Positions 57,025 to 64,000 of a stretch of 64,000 bases of DNA are shown in pieces; position 1 is the stretch's first letter; each line of letters starts with the position of its first letter. The notes under the pieces were generated by a model, which had not been told where the DNA came from, did no database searches, and was given only the letters and a program-made list of their open reading frames with translations. Source of the DNA: Siniperca chuatsi (Eukaryota). Location of the stretch: positions 6,931,595 to 6,995,594 of the forward strand of contig NC_058054.1 of the NCBI RefSeq assembly GCF_020085105.1. The letters run 5' to 3'. A program made the translations under genes and the position numbers.

Positions 57025-57099
57025 GATAAGGAAAAGACTCAACACTCAGGAGACTCAAATGAGAATACCTCTACTACAGAGAAGCCCAAAGACAAGCAG
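57025..57099 (+). CDS. unidentified gene exon: DKEKTQHSGDSNENTSTTEKPKDKQ
   Basis: acceptor ttgtaacag|, donor CAG|gtgggt; phase 0-0. Confidence 0.5.
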
Positions 57100-57264
57100 G
57101 TGGGTTGTTAATCAAGAGTAACTCGATCTCCTCTTTAAAACAGTTTGGACTGCACAAAACATCATGGCGTGAAAATCAGCTTTCTAAAATTAGAAAGAAA
57201 TGCTGTGACGTTGAGGTGAGGGTTAGGGCTATAAACTGTTTGGACAGTCTTTGTTTTATTTCAG

Positions 57265-57312
57265 AACGGTTTCAGTGCAATGATGAAGAGCGTGTTCCAC
57301 ACTGACAAACAG
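57265..57312 (+). CDS. unidentified gene exon: NGFSAMMKSVFHTDKQ
   Basis: anchored on stop of ORF 57105..57305 in another frame; acceptor tttatttcag|, donor CAG|gtgaca. Confidence 0.5.
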
Positions 57313-57527
57313 GTGACAGGTGGCGTACTGTACTCTTGACATTTGCTGCATGTCATCAGTTCATTTTTCTCATCATACTCCCTGAAACTAAATAGTATCT
57401 CTAGCAGAAAAGCCTAAAATTATTTAAAAAAATTATGAAGTAATCCACAGATGATGAAAAGCTAGTTATACTGCTACTAGTACTACTATTGTTTATATTT
57501 TATGATAAATATTGGCTCCATCTGCAG

Positions 57528-57596
57528 GAGAAGAACACTGACTCTGACTGTGAGGAAACATTGGACAATGGAGAGGGCCAGGCCAGTCACAAACAG
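57528..57596 (+). CDS. unidentified gene exon: EKNTDSDCEETLDNGEGQASHKQ
   Basis: anchored on ORF 57489; acceptor tctgcag|, donor CAG|gtttgt. Confidence 0.55.
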
Positions 57597-57722
57597 GTTT
57601 GTAAGGTTTTTGAATGTTCCTTTTCTTTAAGCTTTTGTCTCTTGGTTTCAATCAGCAATTTAATATCTGTATGCTTTTCTTATTTTATGTTTTTTTCTCT
57701 TTTTGTTTTGTTTCATATTTAG

Positions 57723-57773
57723 AGTAAACCTCCTGGGGCAATGACAAAGCTGAATCCATTTCGATCTGCAAAA
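57723..57773 (+). CDS. unidentified gene exon with NPF motif: SKPPGAMTKLNPFRSAK
   Basis: acceptor catatttag|, donor AAA|gtaagg; phase 0-0. Confidence 0.5.
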
Positions 57774-57865
57774 GTAAGGAGGGTTTAGATTGTAATCTTT
57801 TGATAGTTAACTGTACAGCCTCATTTATGTGTTTTCATAAAATGATTTCTGTCTTCTCTCTGCAG

Positions 57866-57931
57866 TATGAGAAGCAGGCAGGTGATGAGGATCCACCTGC
57901 GAGCAGCGAGAAGTCATCAGGCAACAAACAG
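57866..57931 (+). CDS. unidentified gene exon: YEKQAGDEDPPASSEKSSGNKQ
   Basis: acceptor tctctgcag|, donor CAG|gtgttt. Confidence 0.5.
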
Positions 57932-58279
57932 GTGTTTTGATCTTTACTTGTTCCTGTTTCATTGTGTTATTTTGGAAGTTTGACATCACATTTTTGACAT
58001 TTAACTGGTTATTTTTATTCAGCAGACACTAGTCTCATTGAAGGGTAGAAGAGTGTGTAAAGTTTGTTGTGAAAAGTCATTAGTCAAAGGTTTAAGTTTT
58101 TGAGAAGCATTTTACCCACAGGCTGCAGTCCAGCTTAATTTATTGAGATTGTGATACCTACCCAACAACCTCTAGGCCACCAAGGTGCCCCAGACAAGAT
58201 GAAACTGTTGCTCATAAAACTAAATTACATCAGTAGGGAAGCTAGAAAACATGGTAGTCTGACTAGTTTATTACAGTGT

Positions 58280-59250
58280 GATGGTGTATTATAGCGTTGT
58301 TTGCAATGTGCATGCATGGTCTCTCTCCTTAAAATGTCTTGTCAGTAGTCACGGGAGTGGAGACAGGAACAGGTTTAGGGAGTCAAAGTACAGGTTTAGC
58401 ATGACGGTGAGAGAAGCTAAACAACTGTACTCAGAGAGAATACAACACCAGTTCTCAGCCAACGACTCTGCTTCTGTCTGGAGGGGGCTCAGACAGATCT
58501 ACAAACCTGTGGCCTAAAGCCATTACAGACCCACTCCTGGACCCCCTGCAGTTCGCCTAAAGAGCCTACAGGTCTGTAGACGATACAGTAAACATGGCCC
58601 TCCACTTCATCCTCCAGCACCTGGACTCCTCAGGAACCTACGCCAGGATCCTGTTTGTGGATTTCAGCTCCGCCTCCATCCCGGCTATATTACAGGACAA
58701 GTTCTGAGTGTGCCTGACTCCACCTGCAGGTGGATCACAGACTACATGTTCGACCGGAGGCAGAATGTGTGGCTGGGGAAACATGTCTCTGACTCCCGGA
58801 CCATCAACACTGGTTCCACACTGTTCTTTCCCCTCAGCTCTTCTCCCTGTACAACCAAAAGCTGCACCTCTAGTCAGCAGTCCGTCAAGCTCCTGAAGTT
58901 TGCTGATGACACCACCCTCACTGGGCTCATCTCTGATGGGGATGAGTCCGCTTACAGGTCAGAGATTGATCACCTAGTGACTTGGTGCAGGCAGAACAAC
59001 CTGGAGCTCAACGCTCTAAAGACAGTGGAGATGGTTGTGGATTTCAGAATGAAATCACCCCGTGTGACTACTCAGTCGACACTGTGGAGTCCTTCCATTT
59101 CCTGGGCACCATCATCATACAGGACCTCAAGGACCTCACCAAGTAAGCCCAGCAGAGGATGTACTTCCTGCGGTAGCTGAAGAAATGATGGTGTACTTCT
59201 ACACCGCCATCATTGAGTCCATCCTACAAGGACTGACTGCAGTGTATCAT
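58280..59250 (+). mobile_element. degenerate LINE (L2/CR1-like) reverse-transcriptase 3' fragment inside an intron of the downstream gene
   Basis: ORFs 58278..58517 and 58710..59180 in different frames; aa ...SVWRGLRQI... and ...LLKFADDTTLTGLISDGDESAYRSEIDHLVTWCRQNNLELNALKTVEMVVDFR (RT FADD box and downstream thumb region typical of teleost L2/CR1 elements); frameshifted. Confidence 0.65.
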
Positions 59251-59785
59251 TCGCTCTGCCAAGAAAGTGATGATCATGATGTTTAAGGCGACAGGAAGTC
59301 ACTGTAGTAGTGATGGGACTGTGATAATGGTGATGTTGGTGATGTTTGTAGGGAGTTATGGTTCATTTTAGCGAGTAGTAATGATGTGCTGCACATTTAT
59401 AGGACCATACCAGTGATTTTGCATGTTATACCCTATTTACTACAGATCACACATACTTTACATCAAAACTAACCGTTTTACAAACAATGCTTTCCTACCG
59501 CTCTAGGCAACCATTGTTATCCATTTATTTTTGTACAATATGAAATTCAATAACTCTTTGCAATTTTGGTAAAAATTAATACAGGCTTGATGTCCACTGT
59601 GATGAATAACACAACCCAGACAAGTTTCAAGAGTCTGCCATTTGATTTTTATTCCATACAAAAGTGTACAATACACCATTTGTAGTTAAACTTGCAAAAA
59701 ATACTGGTATGATCCTTTAATCGCTGCACAAGTAATCTGATGGTCGCTACAGTTTAATAGCTAATATTTAATGTTCTTTGTTCAG

Positions 59786-59845
59786 AAAGACACTGAAGAG
59801 ATGCTCAAGGAGAACGAGAAACAAGTGGAAGAGAAGGTGAAAGCG
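59786..59845 (+). CDS. unidentified gene exon: KDTEEMLKENEKQVEEKVKA
   Basis: acceptor ctttgttcag|, donor GCG|gtcagt. Confidence 0.5.
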
Positions 59846-60079
59846 GTCAGTCTATTTTTTGCCTCACTCATGACTCATCAGTGACCACACACACACACAC
59901 AGCTGTGTGATCAACTTCTGTCAAAAATACCCTCCCTCCTCACGCTCCTCCTCTTCCGTACCTCCACCACATCCTTCTCATCCCCTAACTTCCCTTTAAA
60001 TCCTGCCTGCTCGTTGTCGAACCGCCATGCCCTGCTGCTCCACCACACTGTGTGACTCTGTGTGTGTGTCCTTGTCAGG

Positions 60080-60157
60080 TCAAAAGCAACATGATCCAGC
60101 GAGAGAGGAAGGAAAGAAATGAAATGCCACCGGTCCCACCCAGACCAACTGAAGAGG
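60080..60157 (+). CDS. unidentified gene exon with PPVPPRP motif: VKSNMIQRERKERNEMPPVPPRPTEE
   Basis: acceptor ccttgtcag|, donor GAG|gttcgc. Confidence 0.5.
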
Positions 60158-60267
60158 TTCGCAAGCAGTTGAACAGAACTGCTCAGTAACATGCGGTCCA
60201 AGTGAGACCATTCTGACTTCTGCTCTGTCTGTTATATTGTGTTGTTAAGGCTGTGATTTCGCCACAG

Positions 60268-60327
60268 GAGATGAAGGGGATATCCACATACGACAAAGTA
60301 AAACCAAGAGGAACTGAGTATAATCAG
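60268..60327 (+). CDS. unidentified gene exon: EMKGISTYDKVKPRGTEYNQ
   Basis: acceptor gccacag|, donor CAG|gtacag. Confidence 0.5.
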
Positions 60328-60607
60328 GTACAGTTTGCACTTCTTAGATTTACTAAATGATGTGTGGGTTGTCTGTATATTTCTGCTTCCACAGAAGTTC
60401 CACAGGTTAAATCAGTTAACTATTTTCTAATTTTATTTTTCAAATACATATATGGATAAATGATCAAATATAACAAGCAGAAAGCATGAAACTTACATAC
60501 TATGCTTTTAAATGTCATGCTTTGTACACATGGAAGTAGCACTAAGGTGTCACTCTCAGATATTGGGTATCTGTTTTGAAAAAAAGTATTTATTTCGTCC
60601 TCTGCAG

Positions 60608-60688
60608 GATTACAAGGACATGATCTCCAGAGAGAAAAAAGCAAAACCTGCAGAAACTCCTGTTGTTCCTGCCAGACCGTCAGAGGAG
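60608..60688 (+). CDS. unidentified gene exon with PVVPARP motif: DYKDMISREKKAKPAETPVVPARPSEE
   Basis: anchored on ORF 60512; acceptor cctctgcag|, donor GAG|gtagtt. Confidence 0.55.
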
Positions 60689-60817
60689 GTAGTTTAAGCC
60701 TTCAGTGTTTAGTGAATAATGGCTGTTTGTGTCAGTTTGGAGCCAATGTGTATCACTGTGTATCTATGCTGGTTTATCAGTTCTGTGGTTAAGCAAACTG
60801 CTCTGGTTTAATTTCAG

Positions 60818-60871
60818 GAGCTGAATAGAGCAGCGAGACGTGGTCTGCAAAAGCAGAAGAGCCACCATCAG
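60818..60871 (+). CDS. unidentified gene exon: ELNRAARRGLQKQKSHHQ
   Basis: acceptor atttcag|, donor CAG|gtactc. Confidence 0.5.
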
Positions 60872-62190
60872 GTACTCACATGTACACACAGTGCAAGGGT
60901 TAGACAGATTTGCTGATATTTTGGACCAGTATTGGCTGTTTATCAGCAATTGGCTATAAGAGAGGTTTCTTCCTAACCACAGCTACAAAAAAAGATAAAA
61001 CTTAAAGTCCCCTTCAGTCAGAAATGTGCTTTACCTATTGTTACTTGACTTGGATGTTCTCTGTGCAGAATGATGAATGTGCAAAGTTTGACACTACATT
61101 GATTTGCAGAAGGGGGAATGTTTCTCTGCGCTCACCTTAAATCTAGGTTTAACACGTGTACGTACCAGCAGGATTTTGTGACATCACAACAACACGCCAA
61201 TTATGGTTCAAAATGCAACTTACACAAGTTTGATGTGGAAATTTGAAACCTCTAGTGCACATACACTGAGAATGAACTTTTCAATGACATAGGAGACATC
61301 TTGTGTCTCTGACATGGAAAAGCCATATCAGAGACACAAGTTATTATTCCAAATATTTTTTGTGTCTTAAAGGTGGGGTATGTGATTCTGGAGAAATCCA
61401 GTACCATGACAAATACCATGATATAGAGCGAACAACAACACAGCAAGTAATATAACTAACGTAAGTTAGGTTGTGGGTTAGTAAACTGTCGCTACAGTTG
61501 CTGCTGCGAAGCTAACAGCCAGAGAGGACGAGATGTTTCCCAGCCAGACAGCGATACTCACAACTCTCCTGTTACTATAGCAAACATCACAACAACAGCA
61601 TAGCTTTGGCAAACTAGAAAATAAGCTGAATGTCCGTGGGCAAGTAATTTAACGTCACCTGACACACAAATCATGGCTGGAATAGTGCTGTGTGGCTCGG
61701 TTTACAGAGCCAGGGCTGTGTACAAACACCAGAAGTTTTTTCAGCTCCCACACTGAACAGACAGCTAGTGGACCCTATGGAGATATTCGCTGAACTTGAC
61801 AAAAAGACGTGTATTGGACTAGAATCGCATACCCCACCTTTAAAACTTGTCTGGAGGGGGTCTAAAAAACATCCCTATCATTTGAAAGCTGTTTCAAGCT
61901 ATTTCCACCTTAAACAAAATACAGTTCTGAGGAACCCTGAGGAACACATAAAACGTGTCAAATTTGTTGATTTGAATTTTGGCATAAAACATTGTCTGTT
62001 AACAGCCTAAATACAATAATATCAGCATTTGCTTTTACAAACCTTTATCAGTCAAACTATACACACTCAATACATACACTCAAAAACACAGGAACACATT
62101 CCAACACTTACCAGTGCACACATGTAGAAAACACTTTGCTGAAACATACTGTAAGTTTAATTCAAATCTAATTAGTTTAATTTGCCACAG

Positions 62191-62277
62191 AGCCAATCCG
62201 ATGATGAAAGCCTAAAAAAAGATGAATCTGCTGAAGCCAAAGAGGGAGGCGAGGCGAACTCTCCAGAAAGCAAAACA
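62191..62277 (+). CDS. unidentified gene exon: SQSDDESLKKDESAEAKEGGEANSPESKT
   Basis: acceptor tttgccacag|, donor ACA|gtaagt. Confidence 0.5.
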
Positions 62278-63180
62278 GTAAGTTTACTGTATCTCTTAAT
62301 CATTGTCAGTAAAACTGTATTCTTCACTAATCCTCAACATTAGTCTTAAGCTCGGGAAATGGATTGGTACACACAGTGACTGGTGTCAGAGCAAGTAAAA
62401 TGCCATGTCAGGCAAGTAAATCTAGCAACTCAAAAAGAATTAAACACATATATATATATATATAAACACGTATTTTTCTGGAGCTGATGAAGAAAGTAGC
62501 TATCTCTGTTGAGAGATGCGCATACCGATAGGGCACTCGCAAGTAGGGATGGCTACTGAAACCTGATATTAAACGGGCCCCGGGGTTAATTCATTAAAGA
62601 CTGTAGTATTACCACGCTCACTGCAGCCTCTCCTTCTGTCTGTGTCTTGTTTGTTATTTGTATATTTATATAACCTCTAATAAATCAAACAATTTGTATA
62701 GGGGCAAGTAAAAATTGACTTTGGGCAAGTGGATTTCTGATCATTTGCCCAGAAAAACCTCAATGTTGAACCCTGGGTGTAGAGACTGATTAACCTATGT
62801 AGTGTGTAGGTATTTGAGACTTTTTGTCAGTGTCTAAATTGACTGTGTGGTATGAACCCACATTTGCTGCTACCCGGGTTTGTGTACTAAGTTTTTGAAA
62901 ATAGACATAAATAGACATGGGTGCTTTAATTTATATATTTTGTGCAAGAATAGAAATTAAAGTTTTGATATTTTTTTTTAGTTAAAGTAACATCACTGTA
63001 ACATAGTCAAGCCTCTCTCTCTTTTTAATTGTTGTCTGTGAGCTTCTGTAAAGCCTGCTAGTTCTCATTATACAAATTGGCCCCGGAAAGTCCTTGAGAA
63101 GTCCTTGAATGAAATGTAGTTCTCTTGCAGCAGCTTCTTATGTCACCTAACACACTGTCACTGTGCCATTGTCTTTACAG

Positions 63181-63237
63181 ACCATGGTGAAGAAACACAA
63201 GCACCGTAATCCGTTCATGCCACAAGCTGCAGCCAAG
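63181..63237 (+). CDS. unidentified gene exon with NPF motif: TMVKKHKHRNPFMPQAAAK
   Basis: acceptor tctttacag|, donor AAG|gtattt. Confidence 0.5.
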
Positions 63238-63715
63238 GTATTTTCTTGATTTTGTACTTCGAGTAGGGTAAATACAGTCATGGAGACATTTATTCTCTTT
63301 GCACCTACCTCAGTTGGTTATATATACTATACCTAATTCATTACCTCCTCAATTTTTTTGACACAGCCTACACAATGAGCACCAGTTGTGTTTTTCCACT
63401 AGACTTATTTAGTCTACCTTTATGAGGAAACCACTGAGCTGGTTACCTAGCTGCTGGTGTGAAGATCAGGGAAGATAAAAGAATAATAAAAGAAGATAAA
63501 AATACATTATTTTGCCATTAATATTATATAATAGTTAATTTTTTGCTTTGTAACAAATTTTTAATTTGTTCCAATAAGATCACTTGTTTTTACCTCCAGA
63601 ACAGCTCTGCCTTTGAGTAATTGTATGGGAATTGGGAACCAATATCAGCCCAAAGCAAAATGTTATATTGATATTACAAATGCTTCATCTGCGTGTTTGT
63701 GTTTGTTGGTTGCAG

Positions 63716-63769
63716 GGCAAAGTTATACAGAGGCAAGCACAGGGCGGAGCTGCAGGCAACACAGACGAG
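63716..63769 (+). CDS. unidentified gene exon: GKVIQRQAQGGAAGNTDE (gene continues beyond window)
   Basis: anchored on ORF 63632; acceptor ggttgcag|, donor GAG|gtagag. Confidence 0.5.
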
Positions 63770-64000
63770 GTAGAGAAAATAAAACACTCATCAGTCTTTG
63801 TTTCTCTAAATGAGACAGAAAATTGTATTTGATGTTGCTTCTCTTTCTTTCTCTCCCTCAGTCACATTACATATAAAGCAACTTTTAGCCTTTTCCCACC
63901 CAGTCTGTGCCACTGTATTTATCCACCAGACTGACATGTTGTAGTCTTACTCATTGGGGTTCAGGATTACAAAAGCAGTTTCATTTACCCAACATGTCCC

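Noticed and set aside
1-64000. Prokaryotic-type features (CRISPR arrays, operons, rho-independent terminators, rRNA genes)
   Set aside because: Sequence is clearly vertebrate nuclear DNA (spliced genes with GT-AG introns, CpG island, vertebrate TEP1/GRINA/ZNRF homologues). No direct-repeat/spacer arrays or rRNA-like segments were seen.

Overview
This window is vertebrate, almost certainly teleost, nuclear DNA: spliced multi-exon genes, CpG-rich promoters, (CA)n/(TA)n microsatellites and SINE/LINE/MITE-like interspersed repeats. Prokaryotic feature types such as CRISPR arrays, operons and terminators do not apply. The ORF track treats TTG/GTG/CTG as starts, so I used its coordinates only as positional anchors.

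Gene content, 5' to 3':
(1) Positions 217-3471 and about 4300, minus strand: the 5' part of a GRINA/TMBIM3-like seven-TM gene, four coding exons. Its N-terminus is Pro/Tyr/Gln-rich, and the remaining 3' exons lie beyond the window start.
(2) Positions 11183-14870, minus strand: a ZNRF1/2-family RING-H2 E3 ligase, four coding exons. It carries an N-myristoylation-type start (MGTRAS) and an unusual C-terminus.
(3) Positions about 15500-48700, plus strand: a complete telomerase-associated protein 1 (tep1) gene arranged head-to-head with the ZNRF gene across a CpG island. I resolved 55 coding exons, phase-consistent, summing to 7857 nt (2619 codons including stop, about 2618 aa). They cover the TROVE region (exons at 18.4-18.8 kb), the NACHT P-loop GGPGEGKT (exon at 29.8 kb) and C-terminal WD40 repeats (35-48 kb), ending ...GDGQGKLYFLSWKE*.
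(4) Positions about 51.0-64.0 kb and beyond, plus strand: an unidentified gene built from many short symmetric phase-0 exons encoding a low-complexity protein. Three tandemly duplicated exon pairs carry MARCKS-effector-like G(M)FKK basic motifs and SNDSLS motifs. Downstream exons carry three NPF motifs and two PPxPxRP motifs.

Introns and intergenic DNA contain an L2/CR1-like LINE RT fragment (58.3-59.2 kb), at least three interspersed repeat families present in multiple copies, a tRNA-Gly-derived pseudo-tRNA/SINE, an inverted-repeat hairpin element and several microsatellites.

All coordinates were derived by hand from the text plus the ORF-track anchors and may be off by 1-2 nt.
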